From positions 83,576,001 to 83,640,000 of the forward strand of contig NC_092351.1 in assembly GCF_963676685.1 (NCBI RefSeq): a stretch of DNA of 64,000 nucleotides. Direction: 5' to 3'. Below the pieces are notes generated by a model, which was not told the DNA's origin, ran no database searches, and saw nothing but the letters and a program-made list of their open reading frames with translations. Each line of letters opens with the position of its first letter. Positions within the stretch are counted from its first letter, which is position 1. The position numbers and the translations under genes are program-made. This document shows positions 36,761-50,916 of this stretch, in pieces. This DNA is from Mytilus edulis (taxonomy: Eukaryota).

Positions 36761-39059
36761 TCATATCAAAATATATATAAAGCCAAACAAGTACGAAGTT
36801 GAAGAGCATTGAGGATCCAAAATTCCAAAAAGCTGTGCCAAATACGGCTGAGGTAATCTATTCCTGGGATAAGAAAAGCCTTAGTTTTTCGAAAAATTCA
36901 AGGTTTAGTAAACACTAAATTTATAAAAATGACCACATAATTGATATTCATGTCAACATTGAAGTGCTGACTACTGAGCGGGTGATACCCTCGGCAACGA
37001 AACGTCCGACAGCAGTGGCATCGACCCAGTGGTGTAAATAGTTATCAAAGGTACCAGGATTGTAATTTAGTACGCCCGACGCGCGTTTCGTCTACATAAG
37101 ACTCATCAGTGACGCTTATATCAAAATATTTATCAAGCCAAACAAGTACGAAGTTGAAGAGCATTGAGGATCCAAAATTCCAAAAAGTTGTGCCAAATAC
37201 GGCTGAGGTAATCTATTCCTGGGATAACAAAATCCTTAGTTTTTTGAAAAAATCAAGGTTTAGTAAACAGCTATAAAAATTAAGAGTTGTCATACTTCTT
37301 GATCGTTTCTTCTAATGCAGTGTGGGTTCTGAGTGTTGGAATTTATTTGTTATAAAATATTCTCCGTCATTTTGATCGTACAAATGAAAAAGTATAAGAA
37401 AAAAGGTCGCGTTTGAATGCGAATTCAAGAATTTGCATTTCCTCTAAGAATTTATTGCTAGAGGGTTGCTTTCTTCATATATCTGGCAGCTATCTTACCA
37501 AAAATTATAATGCTTAAGTTGAATTAATCATCTCGAGTCCCTTCGAAAATTTCAAAAATGTCATCACAAGGTAGTTGATCGTTATGGAAAACCTGTTTAA
37601 AAGTTCACACCGGATTTGTTCAAATGTCGTTACCAAAATCTTGTTTCCTTTTCCTTGATTATGACCTGCCAATTATACAAATCGACGGGTTTGTACTGAT
37701 GAGCATCTCGATGAGTGTGAAATATGGATTAGGATATGTTTACACTTCCAGAGCACCTGTAAGCCCTCGGTTGTTGGTGGGGTTTATGTTGCTTTAGTTT
37801 TTTGGTTTCGTCCATGTTTTGACAATTGTTGTTAAGTTTTTTTTTTATTGGAGTTTGACTGTTAAAATCTAATACAGCGGTAGATAAAATTGTTTTACGT
37901 TACAACAATTAGATACAACATTTGGATATTGAACGTTATTTGAAGTAGACATTTGTATCCATATGATGAGTTAAGCCTTTTCCAACTGATTTTTATAGTT
38001 TTATATTGTAATGTTTCACCACTGTCCTAGGTTAGAGAATGGTTTAGATCACGCTAAATGTTCAATCAAGCAACATTCTGTATGTTTGTGTCTGTCTTAA
38101 GTCAGGAGTCTGTAATTCGGTGGATTTCGTATGTTGCTTTGTTACATATTTGTTTTTCGTCCATTTTTGTGTACATTAATTAATCCGTTAGTTTTCTTGA
38201 ATTGATTTGTTTACATTGTCATTGCAGGGCCTGATACTGTTGACGGCCGTAAGGTGTCCTATATTGTTAATTGTTTTGTCCTTTTGGTCTCTTGTGAAGA
38301 GTTGTATCATTGGCAATCATACCACATCTTATCTTATATATACACCTCCGTTCTGGCGATATTATTTAGATGTAGTGATTGACTTTATGAACAAATTAAA
38401 TGTGAAATATACAAAAGAAAATGCAGTTGACCTAGAAATCCAAGACATCCAGACAGGTCGATTACCATTTACTTATTGTTACGTAAATAAACGAGTAAAA
38501 TATATATATTTCATAAACCACTTCGATTAGTTTTATAAATGTTTATTTGATTTGAATAGGTTTACAAATTTAAACTTAGAAATTCATCCACAATAACATT
38601 CCTCTTCAACAAATATTGAACAGTGAAATGTATATATTAAATAAACCATTTCGATAAGTTTTATAAATGTTCATTTGATTTTAAGAAGGTTTACAAATCT
38701 AAACTTAGCAATTCAACCACAATAACATTATGCAATCGCATTTAAAACGTTGTACTCAAATAAAATGTTAGCATCAATGATTCAATAACTCAAATAAATG
38801 TATTTATCAAAGTTGTACAAAATCGAACATGTAAAATGTTATTTGTTTAAAGTTAACACGTGTTTGGTTAATTATAGTAAGGTTGGTTCGATTGGGATAT
38901 TGAGTTAATGCACGAGTGAACTCAGGTGGTTTAAAGTCATTCGAGCCAAAGTCAAAGTGTACAGTAGCATTTTATTATGTTCTCTCCACCTTGTACTTTA
39001 CGTAATACGGCAAGTTCTGAACGTGAAGAAAGTCACATCTATGACATTAAGATACTGAG

Positions 39060-39640
39060 ATAACAGATAGAGACATATAAAAGTTGCAGACAATCTTGAA
39101 CACTTTCTTAATGGGAACAAGTTTATTACGATTGCTGATAAGTCACCAGCAGGATGGGATACAGTCAAAGAATACCTGTCAGACGAGCTTGCGTAGTTTT
39201 CCGATGATAAGAAGAAGATTTGGTCCGCTTTAACACGGACCTTGACGCGCCAAGTAAAACAAGTAACACGAGCGTTTTAAAGATCAAAGTGATAAGTATT
39301 GTTTACATAATGTATGGATTTTTATCATATTGAATATAAAATTTTATTATATAAAATGAACGTTTAGATACAATTCAGCACATGTCATTTGAATATGAAA
39401 AAAAACTCCCTCTTCATGAACTGTTTAGGGAAATTAAAGAAAATATATATATTTGAAAGAATGATACACATTGATTCGTTTTAGACAGGATTGATAATGG
39501 TTATTCTATCCCATTTATGACGACTCAACCAGTTACACTTTAATATTTAACAAGAACTGTACAAAAATGCTGAATTTGTTTCAGAAGCTAATCCAGAGAA
39601 CGGATTTGTAAATGGTGATCCTTTATTACCTACATGTAGT
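39060..39640 (+). pseudogene. DIRS/Ngaro-type retrotransposon gag and RT-start remnant
   Basis: NKFITIADKSPAGWDTVKEYLSDELA*FSDDKKKI (gag-like motif of DIRS/Ngaro) and later VLDRIDNGYSIPFMTTQP. Confidence 0.7.
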
Positions 39641-40020
39641 TAAACAACACGTTTTGGAATAAACCATTCAGTTCTTAGACTTTTTTCCATGGTATCCAGT
39701 TCAGTATACATCAGATTTTTAAAGAGTACTAACTATTAAACAAGTTAACAAAAAATGATAAAAAGACATCTGACATTTGCAGTAGAAAAAATATAAAATA
39801 AACATGAGTTTTACCTAAAATATAATACATTAGTTAACCAAGAGCTTCGTTTTGAATATTGTTGACTTATTATCACTGGGAATGGTACTAGAATTTTTTT
39901 AGGTTTATACTTTTTGAGTAACTTTTTGTCTTAAGGGATGATTGATTGTTAAATCTACTGATAGTTATACTAAGGCACTGGGCTATTAATAATGTAATCC
40001 ACTGGATAGGTTGTTATTGA

Positions 40021-40721
40021 CAGTCAGGGGCGTTACTTAAACAAGTTTTTTTTTTTTAATTACTTATATAAGTATTTTTTTTATTTTAAAAATAATAAAA
40101 TTACTTAATAGAGTTATTTTAATTTTCAATAGAAACATAGACTAAATTTAGTTTTCAAGATTTTAAACAACATTTTATATAATAAAATAAAGAATTTATC
40201 AGATTTGTGAGGAGTATAGAGATAAAGGGTTACTTTGAAAATAATGACAAAAATATTACTTGAATAAGTTGTTTTAAACATTTGTGAAAAAAATAGCAAT
40301 TACACTTTTCTAAGGCATATATGTAATTGATTTAGGTTACAAATTATAAATAACTTCAGGTCTTAATTAATTCACAAGTATCTATCTATTAATATAAGTC
40401 TACCTTCGAGATTTTAGAGGAAAATGATAATTTAATAGTCCCAAGAGACAAATCTTTGACCCAGAAGCGTCGGTATGAAAGATAAGTGCGTCGGAAAGTT
40501 AATTAATGTTTCTGAAGAATTAGTTTTTTATATATCAAGGGAAAAATAACCAGATAACTGTGAAAATTATTTAAAGCTAGTAAAATCTGTATTCTTGGAC
40601 ACCTATAAAAATAATATTCAGAAAAATAACTTATATAAGTCATATGTGAATAAGCCTCGTTTTCAACATTACTTGTATAGGTCATTTTAATTGTTCCTTG
40701 TTTAAGTAATGCCCCTGACTG
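40021..40721. mobile_element. MITE, 25-bp TIR, 5-bp TSD ATTGA
   Basis: CAGTCAGGGGCGTTACTTAAACAAG / CTTGTTTAAGTAATGCCCCTGACTG; ATTGA at 40016-40020 and 40722-40726. Confidence 0.9.
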
Positions 40722-40742
40722 ATTGAAGCTGCTTGACTAGTT

Positions 40743-43700
40743 CACTACACGAAATCCCGGATTTGAAGAGGTATGCAAATGTTATGTAAATGTATTCAGA
40801 GACCGACATTTACATATATTTACAAACCGCTGCATTTAGTTTATCTTGTCTTTACATATAGTAAATATCAACATTTCTTGTGCTATACCCTCCTATAGGC
40901 GGTTATGAGAGACCGTTTAAGCTTAAAAACTGTACATAATCCTACGAAATCGGCCGTATAATCCTATACTAGCTAGTATACCAAGTGCGGGACTGTCGAA
41001 AGGACACTGGTAAAACAATATGATCCGGCCCAGTATTTAGCCAAGGGCACACAATTTATATTAGTATATATAATGATGTTCTATTTTATAAATTATTATA
41101 AATCATTTGATGACAAAGTATCTTTTTGTATAAGCAGTTCATAGTGGGATGGTACTTGGGAGATATCAAATATAGCAAGCTAACATGTACGTCATTTTGA
41201 CTTTGATGGAACGTTTTTAAATTGGCAATCATATCACATCTCCTTATGTCATAATGGTTTGAGTTTTTTCAAGACTAACAAATACGTACTAGGAGAATAA
41301 ACTATGTTGCTGTTATAGCTTAAATCTTACTATTGTTGTGAACATGTGATGTTATAATTTGATAGATTTAATACTTGCTATACTAAATATACTTATTTCG
41401 GGGCCTTTTATAGATGACTATGCGGTATGGGCTTTGCTCATTGTTGAAGGCCGTACGGTGACCTATAGTTGTTAATTTCTGTGTCATTTTGGTCTCTTGT
41501 GGAGAGTTGTCTCATTGGCAATCATACCACATCTTCTTCTTTTTTTTATAATTATTAACTTTCATATTCAAGAAACCAACAAATCTTTACTAATAAAAAC
41601 TACCGTAACAGATTATCAGTAGAAAAATACTTGTCCATTCTGCATTAGTCACGTGTTATCTATATGTCTTTGGTTTTGATTGTCGTTAATTGGCCGGTTG
41701 CTGTGTATATCCCACATTTCCATTTTTGCAAATAAAGAAATAGCAACCCTTTTAATTTACATAAACACTTGACGTATATACTTGTTAGAAAAAATCCTTA
41801 TAAGACTGTGAATACTCTCGGGCTTTTCCCGACGCCCATGTGACCAATATGCCCCTCACAAAAAGGCACCTTTGCTAATCGCATGTGAGTCGTTTTGTCT
41901 CCCCACTTTGTGAAAAGGTGCGTTTTTTACCAGCTGTACCAGGCCTGTGTATCATATCTAACTCAAAACACAAAAAACACACCCATCTCCGAAGACCAAA
42001 GTGCAAATTAATATGAGTCTAAATTCAAAATGATTTTAAGATTTGTCCCCCGCGCGACGCGCTGATGGGAACATTAAAATATCGGGCTTTCGTCCTTCCG
42101 TCCGGTCTTGTTAGGTCTCTAACGGGTAAAATTCTTGCCAGATTTTTATAAAATTTATATATCAGGTATATATCAGCATTGTTGCTGACAAGTTTCAAAA
42201 ATCACTGCCGACAAACTGCTTATTGCATTGAGTAAAAACAAAAAGCGACTCAAAGACAAACACCAGTTTACAAGTATACGACATAAACATGAGGATGTCA
42301 GAATGTGACAGTAAACCGGATTTATTTTACATTTATTAATGACTAAAAAAAGACTTGCTATTTTTATTACCGGATTTCCAGTCCCGTTATTGATTTATTG
42401 TTGTACTGCGGACGAGCAGGCGGACTGCTCCAGTCGTTTCCGTGCGATGACTTATGAACCTTTCATCTAAAGGTTTTCAAATTTTAATATGTTGTAACTG
42501 GTGGGAAAATGGAGGTAGTCTAAGAGTTCGATATTGATGATTAACTTTACATCATTCAGCAACCACATTATTTTGATTTGAAATGAAATGCTATCGCTAA
42601 GAAATGTTTTAAAAAATTTGAGCCTTCGATTAGAACAAACACATGTACTGGGATTTTTTTTCATATCATTATATACCTTTAAATAGGATAAAGTCAAGAT
42701 CTGGAAACCAAAGGGCACCAAGATATTTTATTAAAATTTTGAATTGATTGAATACTACCATATATATCTTTAGAATAAAACTGATACAGGAGCAGCTAGG
42801 AAGGTTATTGAAATTGATGTAGTTTTTTTTCCATTAATGTTGTTCATTTTTCTTGTTAAAACACGAAATACAGAGATATACCTGATTCAAAAATTAAATT
42901 ACTTGCTTTGCATCGAATCTATTATATCTGCTACATGTATGAGAAGCGGGGAAACTAGAATGTTTTTTTTTTTTATATACAAAAGATAATTGTTTAAAAA
43001 CAGTTTTACTGTATATAATTTCAACATATTTTTAGATACAATGTTACAGTAACTGTCCTTATTTCTCTTTTAATTTTCTACCATATAAACTTTTAAATTA
43101 TCTGCGTTTTTCAAAGTATTAACACGTTTTCACGAATACAAACTGCATGTTTAATGATGTCTTTATCTGGCAACTCTTGGCCTGCGCAGTTGGTATAATC
43201 TGTTTACAACATCTGGATGTTATCATACACAATTAGCGTTACATTGTATTTGATCAATTTTGGTAATTAACACATACGGTTTTCCTTTTAAAGTACCCTG
43301 TAGTGTTAAAAGATGAACCATTTTACAGTCAGGAAAATCCCTTCATTTACATACAAGTGACACATTTACCACCTATCAAGGGATCGTTAATTCATGCTCT
43401 TTCTTCGCAGTATAGCCAGTCGAGGTTGTTAAAAACTCCCATCATCATCATCTCGTTCTTCATTGTATTATTAGACATTTTCAATTGTAAACATAAACAT
43501 TCTGACAACATTCTGATAAAATACATGTATGTGCATACTCGTGTATTTTCAAATCATAGGATCATGCAAAACCCACGCCTTGACTGAAGTTATATTGAAA
43601 TAATTATTTTGTATTCTCTTGTTTAAAATGAAAAAAGATCACAAATAAGCAGAAGCGAAACTAACTTTTTCCCAAGTCCACATCAAGGTTGGTAGACTTA

Positions 43701-45880
43701 AGCTTGATGTGGACAAAACATACCGTGTTTATCGATTTGATCTTATTTATTCTAGTTTAGAGTTCATTCTAAATGACATCGTTGTTTTCATATTTTGAAG
43801 TACAAAAGGAAAATTTAGTACAGTGTTATTATAATAGTGCATTTCTCCCTACACCTGAGATTCATGTAGTATTTGCAACTGGACGTTTACACAAATCAAT
43901 CCATTTACCCATTTATTATGTGGCTATAAGATGTAAAAAAAAATATCAGCTTACTGTTACAATTCATCGTCTTAGTTAAAGTTTCCGTTATGATTCAAGC
44001 ATATCGAATTGTAAAATCTGCTGTAAGGAAAGTTATGAACATTTTAAAGCCACGTTTTGTTATGCAAGCAAGATCTTAATTTTTTTTTTTCCATGGTTCT
44101 GGAGTAAAGCTGTGGATATTTCCTTATTTATTCAAATAGAAAAAAAATATCATCGGTCCGACATATAAAAAGCACCTTGCCATTTTTTAATATCATTAAT
44201 TATATCTTCAAGCAGTTCTGTTTTGAATCGGGAAGAACAATATCTACTTCAATTCAAATGTTCGCTCGGTGTGACTCTCTGAAACTTTGCTGCAAAACGT
44301 ACTGCAAAACGTACTATACAATATATGGATTTATTTTTTCCGTAAATGTGAAATAATCGACACATCTTACAGCATTTACTAGGGTCTGAATGGGGTCTTT
44401 CATACCTGTATTCTATGATAATTTAGATCATATTCCTTTATTTCTTTTATATTTTATGCCCATTGTCATGATTATTTTCTATTCTGTATATATTAGACCC
44501 TTTTTATCTATTTTTTTGGGAGTAATTTTTTTTCTTTTTTTTCTTCTTTTAGCTCTAATCACGACCCTCATTTACGTTTGTTGTGCATGCGATATATAAA
44601 CTGCAGTCTCGCAAAGCTATACCTGTGTGAAGACAGCTTCACGGTATCAATGTTTCATATACTAACTATGAAGTAAATAAAATGCATTTCTTTACGTACA
44701 TAAATACATCCGACAAATGTTTGCAAAAATAAGCAAATATTTGTCAGCATTTACTGTGGTTGTAAATGTATTATAAACCGCGGTCTCTCAAAACTTTGCA
44801 TACGTCTATAAAGATATGTTGCAAATATTAATATTTATCAAAATAACTATGATAGTGGAAAGTATTAGTAAATAAAATACATGTCTTTATATACAGAAAC
44901 TATATCGACAAATGTTTGCAAATATAACACAAACATTTGACAGCATTTACTTTGGCTGTAAATGTTTTATAAACCGCGGTCTCTCAAAACTTTGCATACG
45001 TCTGTAAAGATATGTTGCAAATATCGATATTTATCAAAATATTTATGATAATGGAAAGTATAAGTAAATAAAATGCACTCCTGTACATACATAAACGATA
45101 TCGACAAACGTTTTCAAATATAACACAAACAGTTGACAGCATTTACATTGGTTGTAAATGTTTTATAAACCGCGGTCTCTCAAAACTTTGCATACGTCTG
45201 TAAAGATATGTTGCAAATATCGATATTTATCAAAATAACTATAATACTGGAAAGTATTAGTAATAAATAAAATACATTTCTTTACATGCATGAACGATAT
45301 CGAAAAACGTTTGCAAATATAACATAAACATTTGACAGCATTTACATTGGTTGTAAATGTTTTATAAACCGCGGTCTCTCAAAACTTTGCATACGTCTGT
45401 AAATATATGTTGCAAATATCGATATTTATCAAAATAACTATAATACTGGAAAGTATTAGTAAATAAAATACATTTCTTTACATGCATGAACGATATCGAA
45501 AAACGTTTGCAAATATAACATAAACATTTGACAGCATTTACATTGGTTGTAAATGTTTTATAAACCGCGGTCTCTCAAAACTGCCCACACCTTTGTAAAA
45601 CATTTATGTAAATTTTAAACTTTGCATACATCTCCTATCCTAGAAAGTGCATGCAAATATAAGGCCTATCTTTACATATCTTTAGAATATAAATAAAGAT
45701 ATGGAAATAAAATAATTATCTTTAGCATATCTTTGAGAATGTCCAAAATAATGCCAAAGGAATAATGCATTTACATATACATTAGTAGGTCCGCAAATAT
45801 ATCTGGCAGAATAGTAGTTACATTTGTCAAACATTTACATGATTGCCCAAATTGTTGTAAATCTGCCTTTTCGTGTAGTG
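40743..45880. mobile_element. Non-autonomous CACTA (EnSpm/CMC) transposon, 3-bp TSD GTT
   Basis: CACTACACGAAA ... TTTCGTGTAGTG; GTT at 40740-40742 and 45881-45883. No transposase ORF. Subterminal tandem array present. Confidence 0.9.
44670..45600. repeat. ~196-bp subterminal satellite, ~5 units, within the CACTA
   Basis: CCGCGGTCTCTCAAAAC recurs at 44778, 44974, 45170, 45369 and 45565. Confidence 0.92.
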
Positions 45881-48620
45881 GTTGTTAGTGAAGCCACTGG
45901 CCATATCGTATAATATAAGCAACTTGGCTGATAGTTATTCAAACCGCTGGAAATGTTGTTATTGAAACTACTAGGCGTGATTTTTATTGATGCCACTATT
46001 CGTGTTGTTTTTTAATACATTGCACAAATTTTAATTAAAACCACTGGGCTGATACTTGATTAAGGGTCTTGAAATGTTGTTATTTACGCCACTGGGCGTG
46101 TTGTTATTGATGCCACTGGGCGCGTTGTTATTGACACCACATGGCGTGTTGTTATTAACGCCACTGGGCGTGTTGTGATTGACGTCACTGAAGTTGTTGT
46201 TATTGACGCCACTGGGCGTGTTGTAATTGATGCCACTGGGCGTGTTGTTATTGATGCCACTGAGCGCGTTGTTATTGACACCACATGGCGTGTTGTTATT
46301 GACGCCACTGGGCGTGTTGTGATTGACGTTACTGGGGTTGTTGTTATTGACGCCACTGGGCGTGTTGTTATTGATGCCACTGTGCGTGTTGTTATTGATG
46401 CCACTGGACGTGTTGTTATTGACACCACTGGGCGTGCTGTTATTAACGCCACTGGGAGTGTTGTTATTGACGCCACTGGGCGTGTTGTTATTGACGCCAC
46501 TGGACAGTTTGTTATTGACGGCTCTTGGCGTATTATTGACGCGAATGGGGATGTTGTTATTGACGCCACCGGGCAGGTTGTTATTAAAGCCGCTGGGCAG
46601 GTTGACACTGAAGCCCCTGGGCAAGATGCTGTTGAAAACACTGAGTAGTGGGTAGGTTGTTATTGACACCACTCAGCGTAATGTTATAAATATCACTGGG
46701 CAGGCTGTTATTGACGCTACCGGGCAGGTTGTTGTTGACACCACTGGGCGTGTTATTATTTAGGCCACTAGGCAGGTTGATATTGAAACCACTGGGCAAT
46801 ATGCTGTTGAAGCCAGTAGGCAGTTTGTTATTGACGCCTCTTGGCGTATTATTGACGCCATCGGGCAGGTTGTTGTTGACGCCACTAGGCGCGTTGTTAT
46901 TACAGCCACTGGTCAGGTTGACATTTAAGCCACTGGACAAGATGATTTTGAAGTCACTGGGCAAGATGCTGTTGAAGCCACGGAAAGGGTTGTTATTGAG
47001 GCCTCTTGGTTTGTTATTGACATCACTTGGCGTGTTCTTATTGACACCACTTTGCGTGTTATTATTGACGTGATGTTATTTACGCCACTGGGCAGGTTGT
47101 TATTAACGCCAATAGGCAAGATTCTGTTGAAGCCACTGGGCAGGTTGTTATTGGCGCATACTGGCGAGTTATTGACGCCACTGGGCACGATGCTGTTGAA
47201 GCCACTGGCCATGTTGTTATTGGCGCCTATAAGCGTGTTATTGACGCGACTGGGCGTGTTGTTATTGACGCCAGTGGGCGAGGTATTATTGATGCCACTG
47301 GGTGTTGTTATTAAAGCCACTAGACACATTGACATTGAAGCCACTAAGCATGTTGTAATTCAAGCCATGGGCTACAAGTTATCTAAACCATCAGACAGGT
47401 TGTTATTGATGCCGATGGACAGGTTGTTGTTGACACACAGGGCAATTATGTATTGAAGCCACTGGGTAGGTTGCTTGTGAAGTCAACGAGCAGGTTGTTA
47501 AAAGTTTCACTTGGCATGTTGGTAATGGAGACAGTGGGCAGGTTGTTTGTAAAACCACTTGGCAAGTTGTTGTTGAAGTCACTGGACTAGTTTTTATTGA
47601 TGCATATGGACAGCTTGTTGTTGACGCAGCTGGGTGTGTTCTTATTGAGGCCACTGGGTAGGTTGTCAAAGATGCCACTGGGCGGATTGGTATTGGAGCC
47701 GCTTGGAAGATTGTTTGTAAAACCTGTGGGCAGTCTGTTGGTGAAGACACTTGCCTTGTTCTTATTGACTCCCATAAATGGGCAGGTTGTTGTTTACGCC
47801 ACTTGGCAGGTTGTTTAAGCTCGGGCGTGTTGTTTTTGAAGAAACTGTGCAATTTGTAATTAAAGCTAATGTACTAAAAGTAATTAACCAACTGGACATG
47901 TTGTTGTTGAAGACACTGGGCTTGATGTTGAGGACATTCGGTTAGTAGATATTGAAGACACTGGGATTGGTGTTAAGAACATTGGGTTGGTAAATGTTGA
48001 AGGCACTGGGCTTGGTGTTGAGGACATCGGGTTGGTAGATATTGAAGACACTGAGCTTGGTGTTGAGGACATTAGGTTGATAGATGTTGAATACACTGGG
48101 CTTGGTGTTGAGGACATTGGGTTGGTAAATGTTGAAGACATTTGCAGTGACTTGACTGGTTGTTGTTGAAGCCACTGAGCAGGTTTTTATTACAAGCACT
48201 TGACTGATAGTTATTCAAGACATGGGACATGTTGATGTTGAAAAAACTGGGTAGGTTTTTATTGCAAACTCTTGGCTGGTAGTTATTCAAGACACTGGGC
48301 ATGTTGATGTTGAAAACACTGGGTAGGTTGTTGTTGAAGACACTGTGTATGTTGTTATTGAATACATTGCTGATTGTTTTTGAAGACTTTCGACATGTTG
48401 TTTAGTTATTGAGGACAATGGGTTTTTTGGTATTGAAAAAAAAAACTGAGCTGGTTGTTGAAATTAGCTGCTGGTTGTTAAAGATACTGGACTGATTGTT
48501 GTTAAAAACACTGGATCGGTTTTGTAAACGCCCCTGGAGATGTTATTAAGACACTAATGTTGTTGTCGTTTAAAACACTGGGCAAGTTAAATTAAAGGCA
48601 CTTGGCTGGTTGATGTTGCT
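45881..48620. repeat. Degenerate 24-bp array (GTTGTTATTGACGCCACTGGGCGT)n with a 45-bp sub-array (~47900-48140); fainter units also at ~39900-40020 and 40722-40742
   Basis: Units are directly visible and give stop-poor octapeptide ORFs in several frames (NNNTPSGV, TTRPVASI, VVIDATGR). Confidence 0.9.
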
Positions 48621-50916
48621 TAGCAAATTATTATTATAGTCACTAGGGTGAATGTTTAGACAATACGAAATTGTATTGAATCTATTAGACATGTATTTTG
48701 GTATAGTATTTAACTAAATAAGTTTCTTTAAATAGTTATAATAAGATGCTCACATACACCTGGATCAATATATAATTTAAAATAAAATTCACTAAGTAGT
48801 CAAATGTTAATAAGTTCTCAAAATGATTCGTCTCTCGAATTCAAGACCCAGAGCTAACACCTGTACTTCTGATAAGATTTTTCTGAAGCATAACAGGTTA
48901 CATCCGGACAGAGGAAAGGATGGTGACGTTAGAAAAGACTTTCCAGCACAGTTATCTATTCATCGAAATTAGGAAATAAAAACAAATATTCAATGTTATT
49001 TTCCCATTCTTTGTGTTTCGAGAGCCATTGCCTCTGCAAGTGGCGTCTCCCATGTAAGAGTTTGTGAATATTTGATAAATATTTTATGTTCGTATGAGTT
49101 TACGAATTAGAATTTAAATGTATTTATCAAAGTTGTACAAAATCGAACATGTAAAATTTTGTTTGTTTATAGTTGACACGTGTTTGGATAATTATAGTAA
49201 GGTCGGTTCGATTGGGATATTGAGTTAATGCACGAGTGAACTCAGGTGGTTTAAAGTCATTCGAGCCATTGCAGTCAAAATGTACAGTAGTATTTTGCAA
49301 AAGAAACAATATTATTAATCATATTATTTATTTTAAGATTTGTGAACCACAAGTATTGGGAAACCAGTACATGCGACTAAGTAGCTATATAGACATGTAT
49401 TTATATGAACTTTCAACAATATTTTACTCATATTTATGATAAAATGTGCGCTTGTCTCTGCAAAAAGTAAAATCACAAAAATACTGAACTCAGAAGAAAA
49501 TCAATTAGGAAAGTCCATAATACATGGCAAAATCAAATAACAAAACGCATCAAAAACGAATGGACAAGAACTGTCATATTCCTGACTTGGTACAGGCATT
49601 TTCAAATGTAGAAAATGGTGTATTAAGTGGCGTCTCCCATGTAAGAGTTTGTGGTTATTTGATAAGTATTCTATGTTCGTTTGAGTTTACGAATTAGAAT
49701 TTAAGTTTTATTTTATCATATAAGACATGTCTATAGATACAAACCCTTCCTCTTCTAAAAATACTGTAGTGCAAATGAAGACCTTGCCCAATTGTGTTGG
49801 TTTTTCGGAAAAGAGTTTAATAGAAATAAGAAAAAGAAAACCGGTAATAATACTATAATGAGAAAAAAACATTTTAATAACATAATTGTTAAAGACAATT
49901 GGTATAGTATTTAGCCTTAACCTACACATTTTCAATAAAACACACATAATAACTCACTCAAATACACAAAGGAATGATCAAATTAAAAAAACAATATATA
50001 TAATACCGTCACATACAATTTTTATCAGATCAAAAATTTTCAAGAAAACAAATGCGTTGATTTTATTCAGCTTCTGCTATTAATGTTCACGTATGACACG
50101 TATGCGGAAAGCTCACCTGAATACACTTAACATTTTAAGCTATAAAATAAATTACGTTTCTTGGAATTGTTTTATATGATTCTTAGTGCCCCCTACAGTT
50201 TTCACTAGAACATGGATTTAATCATATACTGTAAATTCCAAAATTATTTTTGAGCGATAGATACAAATGTCGGTCGATTATCGATGTAGCATACAGATTA
50301 TAAGATAAAATATGAAATAATAATTTGTTTTTGTGTCATCTTTTGCGTCGCAAGTTTTGAATTAATAAAACCATTTCAAAGACTTCAGAATTTACGTTAA
50401 TGCAAAGTTCATGAGATTTTACATTTCCTTTTATTCTCTCGTCTTAATAATGTAATTATATCAGTATGACCCATATGCGAAGCGACATCCAAAGCACTTT
50501 CATGGCGTTGGTTTCGAAGGTTAGTATTACAATTGTAACCTAATAACAGTTCTACAATGCGGGTATGACCCATACTTGAAGCTATGTGTAGAGGACTCTG
50601 CTTGTACTTATCACACAAATCGGGATTACTATTGTTTTCTAACAATGTTTCTGCAATTTCTGCATAACCTTTAAACGTTGCTTTAAAAAGAGGCGTTTCC
50701 ATCTGTTTGTTACATTTATTTGTATCACAGTTCTGTTTTAACAATAATCTAACAATATCAATATAACCCTTGCCTGCAGCTATGTTCAAAGGTGTCTCAC
50801 CATACTTATCACAAATATTAGGATCACAATCATGTTCTAACAATAATTCTACAATTTCTGCAAAACCCTGAAGCGATGCTTTAAAAAGAGGCGTTTCTTG
50901 ATTTTTGTTACATATA

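Larger units (their letters stand above)
35090..37270 (-). mobile_element. Tandem array (~3 monomers of ~355-359 nt) of non-LTR retrozymes, one type I hammerhead per monomer
   Basis: Hammerhead cores at 35235-35278, 36717-36760 and 37072-37115. Spacing is 355 nt, and 359 nt after removing the hAT insertion. Monomers are highly similar and non-coding. Confidence 0.88.

Noticed and set aside
44670-45600. Regularly spaced conserved motif suggesting a CRISPR array
   Set aside because: Whole ~196-bp units are repeated, so it is a satellite with no variable spacers.
46175-47456. Plus-strand ORFs VVIDATGR / LLLTPLG as real proteins
   Set aside because: By-products of a stop-poor 24-bp repeat that is open in most frames; no start or splice context.
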